A stretch of 64,000 bases of DNA from a virus: the IMG/VR virus record IMGVR_UViG_3300028840_002336, positions 6,145-70,144 of that record. One strand, 5' to 3'. Of the stretch, positions 19,250-27,691 are shown piece by piece. Each line of letters begins with the position of its first letter. The stretch's first letter is position 1. A program made the translations under genes and the position numbers. A model generated the notes under the pieces. That model was not told the DNA's origin. It saw only the letters and a list, made by a program, of their open reading frames with translations, and searched no databases.

Positions 19250-20179
19250 TCACACCTCGAAGAACATGCTCAGCGACGCCGCGTAGATCGCAGGCGACGG
19301 GTTGCCAGCCACCATGCCTTGGAACTCCCAGATCGCCGGGCCGGTCGGGACGTTGGCAAGCGTGCCGATGTCGATCAGCGTCGGGTCCTCGTCGTTGATC
19401 TCGTATGGCCCAGCGATCACTTCGTCGTTGGTGACGTCGTAGATCCGCACCTCCGCCGTCTTCGCGGCGTTGCTCGTCCACCCGACGAACTTGATCGACG
19501 TCAAGCCGGCTTGCATATGCGCCGTGCCGGGGAACACCCACTGCGCCATCACGTCCCAAGCCGTCTTCGAGTAGGTGTAGACGTAGGCGGCCAGTCCAGA
19601 CGCCCACGACAGACAGATCATCTTCCCGACCGCCACGCGCAGGCTCTCGTCGGCGCCGTCGTCTTGTTCGGCGAGCGCGATGCCAGGGCCAGCCACCAGC
19701 TTGTCGGCGAGGTAACCTTCGTCGGTGTCATTGGCGCTGACCTTCACCCGCTCGTCGTCGGACTCGATAAGGACTGACTCATTGCCCCCATCGTTCTGCT
19801 CGGTGAGCGCGACGTAGTCGCCCGGCGCGAGCTTGCTGTCGAGGTAACCTGGCGTAGTGTCATTCGCAGACACCGCCACCTTCTCGTCCTCGGAAGCGCC
19901 CCCGGTCGCCTTGATCTCGAGGGTCTCGTCGCCACCGTCACCTTGCTCTGTGAACTCAATCCCGTCGCCAGCGACGAGCTTGCCGTTGAGGTAGCCGGAG
20001 GTGGTGTCATTACTGCTGACGCGCGCTTTCTCGTCTGAGCCTTCACGCGGGTCGAAGACGCCGGAGGCATCACGAAACTGGAGCGCCCCGTTGACGTATC
20101 TACTGGTACCGGGTTCGGTGGGTGCTTCCGTCTGCTCGATCCACTGGATCTCGTCGACGGTCTCGCTTCGGACGGTCAT
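19250..20179 (-). CDS. Fibre/appendage-like protein with three ~45-aa internal repeats
   Basis: DE(K/R)xxVSxNDTxxGYLxxKLxxGxxIxxxEQxDGxxExLxI is repeated three times. Confidence 0.65.
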   Translation of the reverse strand: MTVRSETVDEIQWIEQTEAPTEPGTSRYVNGALQFRDASGVFDPREGSDEKARVSSNDTTSGYLNGKLVAGDGIEFTEQGDGGDETLEIKATGGASEDEKVAVSANDTTPGYLDSKLAPGDYVALTEQNDGGNESVLIESDDERVKVSANDTDEGYLADKLVAGPGIALAEQDDGADESLRVAVGKMICLSWASGLAAYVYTYSKTAWDVMAQWVFPGTAHMQAGLTSIKFVGWTSNAAKTAEVRIYDVTNDEVIAGPYEINDEDPTLIDIGTLANVPTGPAIWEFQGMVAGNPSPAIYAASLSMFFEV

Positions 20180-20808
20180 CAGCCACGGGCCTTCCGGCGC
20201 GCCGGCTTCTTCTTCGCCGGCTTCTTCTTCGCGGCCTTCTTGGGCGTGCGCTTCGTGGCCTTCTTCGGCTTGGCCGCTGCCCGCTTCGTCTTCTCCAGCT
20301 CGGCCTTCTTCCGCCGCTCTTCGAGCGTGCCGTTGGCCTGGCGCGCAGCCTCCGCAGCAGACCTCGGGGCGTCATCCGCCGGAGTGCCGCCCTCGCCGTC
20401 CTTGACCAGCTCGAGCGACGTCTCCAGCTTCACGACCTCCGCGCGCCGCATCTTGGCGATCAGCTCGACAGCGTCCTTCATGCCGTCAGCGCGGCCGCCG
20501 GCCGCGACCGCCTTCTGCTGCTCGACGTCGGCCAGGTGATCAAGGAAGTCGCCCACGCGAGTGAGCCACCTCCGGAGAAGGTCGCCGACGCGTACAGCGT
20601 CGAGCCCGTCCTCAATCTTGCCCGCCTTCAAGTCCTTGTCGACTTCGCCGATCAAGGCCGCAGGGATCTTCTGCGCCGCCTGACGAAGCGCGGCCGTAGA
20701 GCCGGCCGCCTCATGGGCGGCTTTCAGCTGCCCCTCGTACTGGTCTTCGATGTCGGCGCCGATCTCGTTTGCTATCGAGATCTTCATCTGGGCTTTATGA
20801 GGGTTCAC
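20179..20808 (-). CDS. Hypothetical helical protein with Lys/Ala-rich histone-H1-like tail
   Basis: C-terminus AAAKPKKATKRTPKKAAKKKPAKKKPARRKARG. Confidence 0.6.
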   Translation of the reverse strand: MNPHKAQMKISIANEIGADIEDQYEGQLKAAHEAAGSTAALRQAAQKIPAALIGEVDKDLKAGKIEDGLDAVRVGDLLRRWLTRVGDFLDHLADVEQQKAVAAGGRADGMKDAVELIAKMRRAEVVKLETSLELVKDGEGGTPADDAPRSAAEAARQANGTLEERRKKAELEKTKRAAAKPKKATKRTPKKAAKKKPAKKKPARRKARG

Positions 20809-20826
20809 TCGTCGCCTCCGCTATGA

Positions 20827-22455
20827 TCAGCTACCCCAGACGACCATGGCGAGCTGGTCAGGGTTGGACCCGACGCCGCGCAGCGGATACTCGCACAGCA
20901 GGTCGCCGTTGGCCGCGCTCGTGCCCGGGTAGAAGTCGTGGTTGGCCGACGCGTCCGCCCCCAGGCGCGCGAACTCGCCGTTGAGGTAGACGTCGACGTC
21001 GTCGACGAAGGTCCCCACGCCGGAGTAGTCCGGCAGCTGGGCGTCGAGGTTGGGAGAGCCGCCGGCCCCGGTGATGTTGGTGTTCGCCGCCACGTTGGCG
21101 GTGAGCGTTGCGTGGCCCTTCACGCGTGCGGCCTTCTGGCTCGCCTGGATAAGCATGTTGGCCAGGGACACCTCGCCGAACTCGGTGTCCAGATCGCTCC
21201 ACTCCTGTTGCGTCTCCACCGCCTTCAAGGGCACGCTGAAAGTCGAGCCCGCGCGGTTGGCGTCGTCGAACAGCAGCTCGTTGGCCGCCTCCAGGGTCAG
21301 GTCACCAGAGCCACCAGACGCGACCTTGAGCGCTCCGCCGCTGTCGATCTGGTTGGCGGTCACGCCGATGTTGATCGTGGTCCCGGCCGCGCCGGTGTCC
21401 ACCTTCACGCCGTTGAGGAAGTCGCTGACCACGGCGTCGACGTCGAACTCGTCGACGTCGTCCTCGACCGCCACCTTCGACGTGCTGCCGGCCGACCCTT
21501 CGATGATCCGGAAGAGGATGGCCTGGGCGTCGTCACGGACCTGCCACTCCAGGCCAGCACCCTCGAGATCGAGGATGGCGTTGGTCACGAGGTCGACCGG
21601 GGTGACGCCCTGATTGGTGTAGGCGGTCTGCCGGTCGACGGTCCCCGCGCCGCTGCCCACGTCGACGATGGCGCCGCGCAGGAAGTCGTGCTCGGTGAGG
21701 TCGGTGAAGCGCACGCGCTCACGACTGGTGTAGTTGATGTCCTGACCCTGGATGTCGCCCGCGGGGCACGCCTCCAGGTCGTCGAAGGTCGCGTTGGGGC
21801 GCACGAAGCTGAGCTGGGCCCGGTTGGGGGTCGTGCCCGTCATCGTGTGCTCGTCGGTGCCGCTCTCGGTCTGGAACAGGGCCCAGACGCGCCGGCCGCT
21901 CGACAGGATGGGATCGCCGCTGTCGGCGTCGACGATCTCGCAGAGGTTGGCCGGGTTGAGCGCGTGCCCACCCGCCACCTCGGTGAGCGCGTGCGTGCCG
22001 AAGGTGCCTCCGTGCGCGGCCGCAACCGTGCCCAGGGTCGTCACCGCGCCAACGGCCGCGGTCGTGTTCGCCGGCAGCTCGGCGAGGGCCAAGACGACGA
22101 AGTTGTCGGCGCCGCCGACGGTGACGTCGGTCCCCACGTGGCTGACGTCGCGCAGGATGCGCTTCTTCTCAAGGGCGTGGATCGCAGCGTTGACCGCGTC
22201 GATGCCGCGGACGGTGCCGTCCTCGAGCGCCGTCGGCTTGGTCAGCGCCGCGAACCAGTCGCCGGTGGGGAAGCTGTCGCCGTCGCGGTTGTGCAGATCC
22301 TGTAGCTTGGACCGGATGGCGTTGAGGTCGTACGCCAGGTCGGTCGCATTGGTCTCGTAGTTCGCCTCCGACGGAGCGATGTTGTCGAGGAAGCCCACCG
22401 CAGAATCGCGGGAGCTGGCCACCTGGGCATCTTGACGCAAGAATGTGCGAGGCAT
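20827..22455 (-). CDS. Putative virion structural protein (fibre/decoration)
   Basis: 542 aa, acidic, Gly/Ala/Thr-rich, beta-type composition; lies downstream of the capsid gene. Confidence 0.6.
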   Translation of the reverse strand: MPRTFLRQDAQVASSRDSAVGFLDNIAPSEANYETNATDLAYDLNAIRSKLQDLHNRDGDSFPTGDWFAALTKPTALEDGTVRGIDAVNAAIHALEKKRILRDVSHVGTDVTVGGADNFVVLALAELPANTTAAVGAVTTLGTVAAAHGGTFGTHALTEVAGGHALNPANLCEIVDADSGDPILSSGRRVWALFQTESGTDEHTMTGTTPNRAQLSFVRPNATFDDLEACPAGDIQGQDINYTSRERVRFTDLTEHDFLRGAIVDVGSGAGTVDRQTAYTNQGVTPVDLVTNAILDLEGAGLEWQVRDDAQAILFRIIEGSAGSTSKVAVEDDVDEFDVDAVVSDFLNGVKVDTGAAGTTINIGVTANQIDSGGALKVASGGSGDLTLEAANELLFDDANRAGSTFSVPLKAVETQQEWSDLDTEFGEVSLANMLIQASQKAARVKGHATLTANVAANTNITGAGGSPNLDAQLPDYSGVGTFVDDVDVYLNGEFARLGADASANHDFYPGTSAANGDLLCEYPLRGVGSNPDQLAMVVWGS

Positions 22456-22479
22456 GGTCTCTTCCTTCTTCCCCCGTCG

Positions 22480-22959
22480 TTACACGTCAGGTTCGTAATC
22501 CGCGGCCAGTTTCTCCCAAGCCAGAAGACCGCTCCCGGCGGTCAACGTAATCGTATCATATCCTGTGCCGACACCCCCGCTCTCGCTGATCGAGTAGTCG
22601 CCACCCCGCTCCAAGCTCACCCCGTTCCGGTACACCTTCTCCGTCTCGGCGATGAACAGCTCTGGCGTCGTGAACACCAGATTGACGTTGTCCTTGACGC
22701 CCGCCAGCGGCCGCTGCCGCTTGCGCTCGACCGCGAGACTGTTGAGCACAGCCAGGACGGTAGCGAGGTTGACGGGGACACCGTCTTTCCAGTCGGCCGT
22801 GCCCAGTACCTGGCGAAGCTGCGAGATGACGAAGTCGAGGAACTCTTCGAGGTCGTCGGCGACAGCTTCGGCTTGCAGGATCTGCGCAGGGGTCTTCTGA
22901 TCGTCGTAGGTGCTCGACTCACGCGTCTCACGGAGCCGTAGTAGCTGGCGTGGGGACAC
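22480..22959 (-). CDS. Putative structural protein
   Basis: C-terminal GVKDNVNLVFTT...VYRNGV.L..G.DY resembles the 15.9-16.6 kb paralogs. Confidence 0.55.
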   Translation of the reverse strand: MSPRQLLRLRETRESSTYDDQKTPAQILQAEAVADDLEEFLDFVISQLRQVLGTADWKDGVPVNLATVLAVLNSLAVERKRQRPLAGVKDNVNLVFTTPELFIAETEKVYRNGVSLERGGDYSISESGGVGTGYDTITLTAGSGLLAWEKLAADYEPDV

Positions 22960-22983
22960 GTAGCCACCTCCCAGCTCCTGAGC

Positions 22984-23292
22984 TTACCCGCGCCGTTTGG
23001 CGGCGACAAGCTCGACGCTGGCGGTGCCGCCGATGCCTTTGAGCCAGACCTTGTCGATCTCCAGCGGCCCAGACCACTCACCGTGCGGCGTCTCCGCCGC
23101 CGGCACCGGAACTTGGATGTAGTTGGCGTTGGCCGTGAAGTCTTCCTCGTTGAAGTACACCCGCACCGGAAAGAGGGTCGTGCGGATGCGCACCCAGATC
23201 GACGACGACGGGAAGTCGTGAGACCGCCCGGTCGTATCGATCGCGGCGCGCAGAACATGCGGGTAGCCGCCCCGGGTCTGCACCAGGCTCAT
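22984..23292 (-). CDS. Hypothetical small beta protein
   Basis: AAGGAG RBS; in operon. Confidence 0.6.
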   Translation of the reverse strand: MSLVQTRGGYPHVLRAAIDTTGRSHDFPSSSIWVRIRTTLFPVRVYFNEEDFTANANYIQVPVPAAETPHGEWSGPLEIDKVWLKGIGGTASVELVAAKRRG

Positions 23293-23316
23293 GGGTCACT
23301 CCTTCCCGGGCGCGCG

Positions 23317-23658
23317 CTACTCGGCGAGCTGCCCGTCCACAGTGCCGATCACGACGAGGTGCAGCACCTCGGTGTCCGCACCACCCAGCACGTCGAAGCC
23401 GCCCACCGCGATGGTCGACTGGTCGACGGTCGCGCGCGAGGCGGTCTCACCCTGGACGATCACCACGTAGCTGGTGTTCGCCATCTTCTTCATGCCCACG
23501 GCCTCAAGATCGACCGAGAACGGCGCGGCGCCGCTCTGGGTGACCTGCTTGGCCTGGACGGTGATGCCGGCCTCTGCCGCGCCCGCCAGGTGCTCGATCC
23601 CCTGGTCGTGCAGGAAGGGCATGTAGTCGGACGCCTTCTTGGCGTGTGTTCCGCTCAT
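23317..23658 (-). CDS. Hypothetical protein (possible capsid decoration)
   Basis: GGAGG RBS; second gene after the major capsid gene. Confidence 0.55.
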   Translation of the reverse strand: MSGTHAKKASDYMPFLHDQGIEHLAGAAEAGITVQAKQVTQSGAAPFSVDLEAVGMKKMANTSYVVIVQGETASRATVDQSTIAVGGFDVLGGADTEVLHLVVIGTVDGQLAE

Positions 23659-23672
23659 AGCTCAGTCCTCCG

Positions 23673-24017
23673 TCAACCGCCGCGCCTGCGCGTGGTGGCC
23701 TTCTTCTTGGTGGTCTTCTTGGCCGCCGGCTTCGGACGCGCTGTGCGCGCGCGAGCTGCGCCCTCGTCATCCGGGTCGTCGGCCGGGGGCGGCGGGGGCG
23801 CCACGGGCGGCGGCAGGTCTGACGGCGGGAACGACGGCTGCGAGGCCGCCGGCTGCCGTGTGACGTGCTTGGCCCAGCTGCCTGGGTCCTTGAGCAGCAG
23901 CTGCGCGTGCTCGTCGGCCACGTCGCGCATCACGCCGTCGTCGCCGACCACGTACCGCACGCCGCCGACACCCAGCGCCTGGCCGCGCATGTGAGCCATC
24001 TTGCACTTGAGGTCCAT
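23673..24017 (-). CDS. Hypothetical protein with basic C-terminal tail
   Basis: AGGAG RBS; first gene after the capsid gene; ends PAAKKTTKKKATTRRRGG. Confidence 0.6.
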   Translation of the reverse strand: MDLKCKMAHMRGQALGVGGVRYVVGDDGVMRDVADEHAQLLLKDPGSWAKHVTRQPAASQPSFPPSDLPPPVAPPPPPADDPDDEGAARARTARPKPAAKKTTKKKATTRRRGG

Positions 24018-24060
24018 CGGGCTCTCCTACCCCTGATTCCAGACTTTCGGTAGATGCCCC

Positions 24061-24086
24061 AGCCTGGCGGCTCACGCCGCCAGGCT
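24061..24086 (-). terminator. Perfect 11-bp stem-loop after the major capsid gene (terminator or mRNA-stabilising hairpin)
   Basis: agcctggcggc-tcac-gccgccaggct; no U-tract. Confidence 0.6.
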
Positions 24087-24114
24087 AGAGTCTACCAGCT
24101 CGTCAGCCGTTGAC

Positions 24115-25539
24115 CTACGCGTAGGTCTCCGACCCGACCGCGCGGCCCAGGTTGGTGAACAGCACGTTCTTGAGCGGGGTGTAGAGCACCGGCACGATAT
24201 AAAGAAGTTGCATCCAGCGGATCGACGTGTCGATGGTCGCCAGCGGGATCTTCACCAGCGGCGCGAGCTGCTTGATGGACATGTTCTCCACGTTGCCCTG
24301 GAACAGGAACGCGGAGGTGGTGCCCGGCAGCTTGGCGTTGGTGTCGGTCAGGGTCTGCTCACCCGTGCCCGCGCCGTTGGCGATGCGCGCGATCAGCCGC
24401 TCGGTGCCGGCCGCGCCGCCCTTCACCGACCGGTACAGCTCGTACCAGTCGACGTCGGGGGTGGAGCCCGGCGGGGTCACGCCCATGTCGATCTGCTCGC
24501 CGGCGCCGCCCACCGCGACCGCGGTCATCTGGAGCTTGGCGCTGCGCCCGTGCCGGTTCACGGCCACGACCGCGTACTGGTAGGTGCCCACCTCGTCGGC
24601 GGTGAACTGGGAGCCGCTGCCGCTCGAGGCCGGCGCGGTGGTCTCGGTCGGGGTCGCCGGCCGGTCGGCCACCTTGCCGATCGCGGTCGCCGTCGGCGCG
24701 CCGCCGTCGGTGATGAACACGTCGGGCTGGAACCGCACCGGGCCGGCGGGGCTGTCCCACCCCTTGATCTGGGTGCGGACGATGCCGTCGCGGTCGGTGA
24801 AGGGGTCGTGGCGCTCCTTGGGGAAGAAGATCTTTGCCAAATCGCTGATCGGACCCGGTGCACCGAACAAGTCAGTGGGAGTTCCGAATCCGGGGGCATC
24901 CGACACGATCAGCGCCGCGTCGGTGAGCACGTCCTCGCTCCACGGCTTGCCCCGCATGTCGATGACCTTGGTCCCGCCGTCGACCATCTGCTTCTCGAAG
25001 CCGTCGAACTGGAGGCTCGAGAGGCTGGAGTCGCCGTTGAACAGCGCCCGCTCGGTCATCTTGAGCAGGTGCATGGTCCCGTTGACGGTCTCCTTGTTGA
25101 TGACGTTGCCGTGGGCCGGGCGCACGAGGCTCATCACGTGGGTGACGCGCCGCAGCGTGCCCAGGTACTTGACAACAGCGAACTTTCTCTCGTACTTGCT
25201 GTCATCCTCGGTCGGGAGATCACCCTCGTCGATGAACCCCGCATCGAGGTTTTCTCCGTATGATTCCAGCAGGTTGAACTCCTCAACCGTGTTATAGGCT
25301 GGAATCTTGGTGCACATCTTCCAGAGGCGAATGTGCTCCATACGGTACTGGACCGAGCGGAGGGTCGCCTCGAGTGACTCCACTCTGAGACTGAATCCGT
25401 CGCCCGCCGTCACCGCGCCCGGGGGGTTGATGCTCTGGCCGGCGCGGAGCGCCTTGTTGAGGTCGTCCACGTCCCTCTGCGTGGCGGACCCGAAGCCGTC
25501 GACGCCTTCGTAGTCCCGCCAGGTGACCATGTTGCTCAT
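24115..25539 (-). CDS. Major capsid protein (SPO1/Twort-like)
   Basis: DLNKALRAG...SLRVESLEATL, IPAYNTVEEF, KYLGTLRRV, ERALFNGDSSL..LQFDG, GFGTPTDLF and QLAPLVKIPLAT; follows protease and scaffold. Confidence 0.9.
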   Translation of the reverse strand: MSNMVTWRDYEGVDGFGSATQRDVDDLNKALRAGQSINPPGAVTAGDGFSLRVESLEATLRSVQYRMEHIRLWKMCTKIPAYNTVEEFNLLESYGENLDAGFIDEGDLPTEDDSKYERKFAVVKYLGTLRRVTHVMSLVRPAHGNVINKETVNGTMHLLKMTERALFNGDSSLSSLQFDGFEKQMVDGGTKVIDMRGKPWSEDVLTDAALIVSDAPGFGTPTDLFGAPGPISDLAKIFFPKERHDPFTDRDGIVRTQIKGWDSPAGPVRFQPDVFITDGGAPTATAIGKVADRPATPTETTAPASSGSGSQFTADEVGTYQYAVVAVNRHGRSAKLQMTAVAVGGAGEQIDMGVTPPGSTPDVDWYELYRSVKGGAAGTERLIARIANGAGTGEQTLTDTNAKLPGTTSAFLFQGNVENMSIKQLAPLVKIPLATIDTSIRWMQLLYIVPVLYTPLKNVLFTNLGRAVGSETYA

Positions 25540-25620
25540 CTCGTCATCCTCCTGCCCCGCTCAGGGGCCGCCCTGTAGGGCTGGGGTGTGCGCGCTCACT
25601 GCGCGCGGTTGAACGGCGCC

Positions 25621-26514
25621 CTACTGGGCCGCCCGGAACGCCTGCATCTCCTCGAGCAGCTGCGGCGACATGTCCATGGTGCCGTCGTACTTGGCGATGG
25701 CGATCGAGAAGTCCTCGCCGCACTTCGCCACCGGCCCCTCGCCGGCGTCGACGCTCTTCTCGAGCATGGACTGGAGCGTGTCCAGCACCTCGCTCTTGGT
25801 CATGTCCTCGAGCTGGCCACCACCGGCGGGGCCGCCGCTGCCGGCCGGGTCGCCGTGGAAGCTCTTGTTGAGCGGCTGCGCGCCCTGCACGCCCTGGCTC
25901 TTGGGCTCGCGCGCCGGCTGCTCCAGCGCCACGCCCAGCTTGTCGGCCATGCTCTTCACGAGCTTGCCGGTCTGGGCCACCGCGTTGGCGAGCACGATGT
26001 TGAACTCGTGCTGCCGCTTGTCGCGGCCCTCGACGTGCTCGGACAGCACGTCCATGCTCTTGGTGAGAGCCTCGTGCTGAGCCTTGAGGAAGGCGCTCAC
26101 GTCGAGCGCCTGGACGATGTCCTCGTCCTCGTCGAAGCCCTTGCGCAGGTCGTCGGAGAGAGAGGGCTCGCTGTCGGCGTCGCTGTCGCTCTTGCCGAGC
26201 AGCTGGAACAGCTCGTCCTTCTCCTCGTCGCTGATGTCGTCGCCCTGGGCCTTCGACAGCAGCTCCTGCTTGCGGCTGGTGGTGTCATCGCCATCGATCA
26301 AGGTCTCGAGCGCCTCCAGGCTCTTCTCGAGATCACCTTCCGTCAGGTGCTCCGACTTCTCGTTCATGTCCTCTTCCTCCGCTTCGGCGTCGTCACCGTC
26401 GTCGGCTTCCTCCGCCTGGGTTTGCTCTTCCTTCTTCTCTTCGGCCTCGGCCTCGGCGTCAGGTCCCTTCTCTTCCGCCTCGCCGTCGCCGCCGTTGTCG
26501 AACCCGTTGCTCAT
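25621..26514 (-). CDS. Capsid scaffold-like acidic protein
   Basis: Sits between protease and capsid genes; very acidic; many hydrophobic-x-K-(S/A/G) sites (LEKS, LSKA, LGKS, LRKG, LTKS, LVKS, LNKS, MTKS). Confidence 0.7.
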   Translation of the reverse strand: MSNGFDNGGDGEAEEKGPDAEAEAEEKKEEQTQAEEADDGDDAEAEEEDMNEKSEHLTEGDLEKSLEALETLIDGDDTTSRKQELLSKAQGDDISDEEKDELFQLLGKSDSDADSEPSLSDDLRKGFDEDEDIVQALDVSAFLKAQHEALTKSMDVLSEHVEGRDKRQHEFNIVLANAVAQTGKLVKSMADKLGVALEQPAREPKSQGVQGAQPLNKSFHGDPAGSGGPAGGGQLEDMTKSEVLDTLQSMLEKSVDAGEGPVAKCGEDFSIAIAKYDGTMDMSPQLLEEMQAFRAAQ

Positions 26515-26521
26515 GGTCGCC

Positions 26522-27361
26522 TCACAGCTTGCCCTGGCGCTTGAGCGCCCTGGCCGCGGCGACGAAACGTCGCGCGCTTTCCAGACTTGCGTTGGGGAGC
26601 CTGTCCTGCACCCAGCTGATCGCCTCAGCGTCAGTCAGGCTCTTCTTCGCGCGCTTCTTCGCGCACCCCTCGCACTCGCAGCCCTCCGGGTGCACGTCGC
26701 GCTCCAGACTCTCGGTCGCGAGCACCTGGCCGCTGGTCGCCGGTGGACCGCCCGGGTTGGCCGGGCCCATGGCGAGAGCCTTGTCCAGACTCTCGACCTC
26801 AAGCTCGCCAGACTCGACGGACTCCAGACTCTTGCTCAGCAGCTCGAGCTTGGTGTCCGGGTTGACCGGGCAGTGCGTGATCGCGATGTTGCGCACCATG
26901 GCCTTCGCGATGGTCTTCTTCTTCGGGCCGGTGCGCTGGAGGATCTTGCCCTCGACGGAGAAGCCCAGGCGCCTGGGGGTGCCCTGCAACGCCTTGCCCA
27001 TCTCCCAGACCTTCTTCGCATCGGTGGTCTCGAGAAGGTAGCCCTCCGCCCAGTGGCCGTCGCGGGTCGCGGTCGTGCCGTCGGGGAGCGTCTGCCCCTT
27101 GCGGAAGTAGTCGACATTCTCGGGGTAGCCGAGCACATCGGTGAGCTTCTTCCCGTGATTATTGTTGAACCAGCCCGCGGACACCGCCTCGGAGAAATCC
27201 AGAGACCTCTGGAGGATGGTCTCCTTCTGCTTGTCCTGCCTGTCGGTCGAGACGATGCCGCCGATGCGCCAGCGCTTCCCCTTCGGCGCTCCAGCCTTCT
27301 CGAAGAAGCTGACTGGCACCTCGAATTGGAACGTGTCTCGGCTCACCGTGTCTCCAAACAA
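26522..27361 (-). CDS. Prohead protease
   Basis: IGGIVST...DKQKE, GWFNNNH, WAEGYL, LGFSVEG (catalytic Ser) and NIAITHCPVNP. Confidence 0.88.
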   Translation of the reverse strand: MFGDTVSRDTFQFEVPVSFFEKAGAPKGKRWRIGGIVSTDRQDKQKETILQRSLDFSEAVSAGWFNNNHGKKLTDVLGYPENVDYFRKGQTLPDGTTATRDGHWAEGYLLETTDAKKVWEMGKALQGTPRRLGFSVEGKILQRTGPKKKTIAKAMVRNIAITHCPVNPDTKLELLSKSLESVESGELEVESLDKALAMGPANPGGPPATSGQVLATESLERDVHPEGCECEGCAKKRAKKSLTDAEAISWVQDRLPNASLESARRFVAAARALKRQGKL

Positions 27362-27451
27362 CGAAAGGGGCAGCTCGGCTGTGCCGAACTACCCCTTCCG
27401 GACCTTCCGCGCGCGATGCGCGGTCCCTACGGGCTCGATCAGTTTCCAGAC

Positions 27452-27481
27452 ACCCTAGCCCTGACCCCTCCAGACTGTCAA
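27452..27481 (-). promoter_or_regulatory. Sigma70-like promoter for the protease-scaffold-capsid operon
   Basis: Minus strand TTGACA-N18-TAGGGT, immediately followed by GTCTGGAAA (the dispersed motif). Confidence 0.5.
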
Positions 27482-27484
27482 CGT

Positions 27485-27691
27485 CTACTTCCTGAGCACG
27501 AACCGCTCCGCCAGACGGGGCTCTCCGGCACCCAAGGTCACCGGCAGGTAGAAGCGGCTCTTGCACCACTTGCAGCGCGCCTCGCAGCGGCCGTCGTCGT
27601 GGAACACCAGGGGCCCGTCAATGCGGAGCTTGGTGTCGTTTCCAGACTTCTGCATGAGCTTGTTGCGGCACCTGGGGCAGCGGACGCTCAC
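27485..27691 (-). CDS. Small zinc-ribbon protein
   Basis: GTG overlaps the MuF gene stop (GTGA); CPRC...CKWC. Confidence 0.6.
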   Translation of the reverse strand: MSVRCPRCRNKLMQKSGNDTKLRIDGPLVFHDDGRCEARCKWCKSRFYLPVTLGAGEPRLAERFVLRK

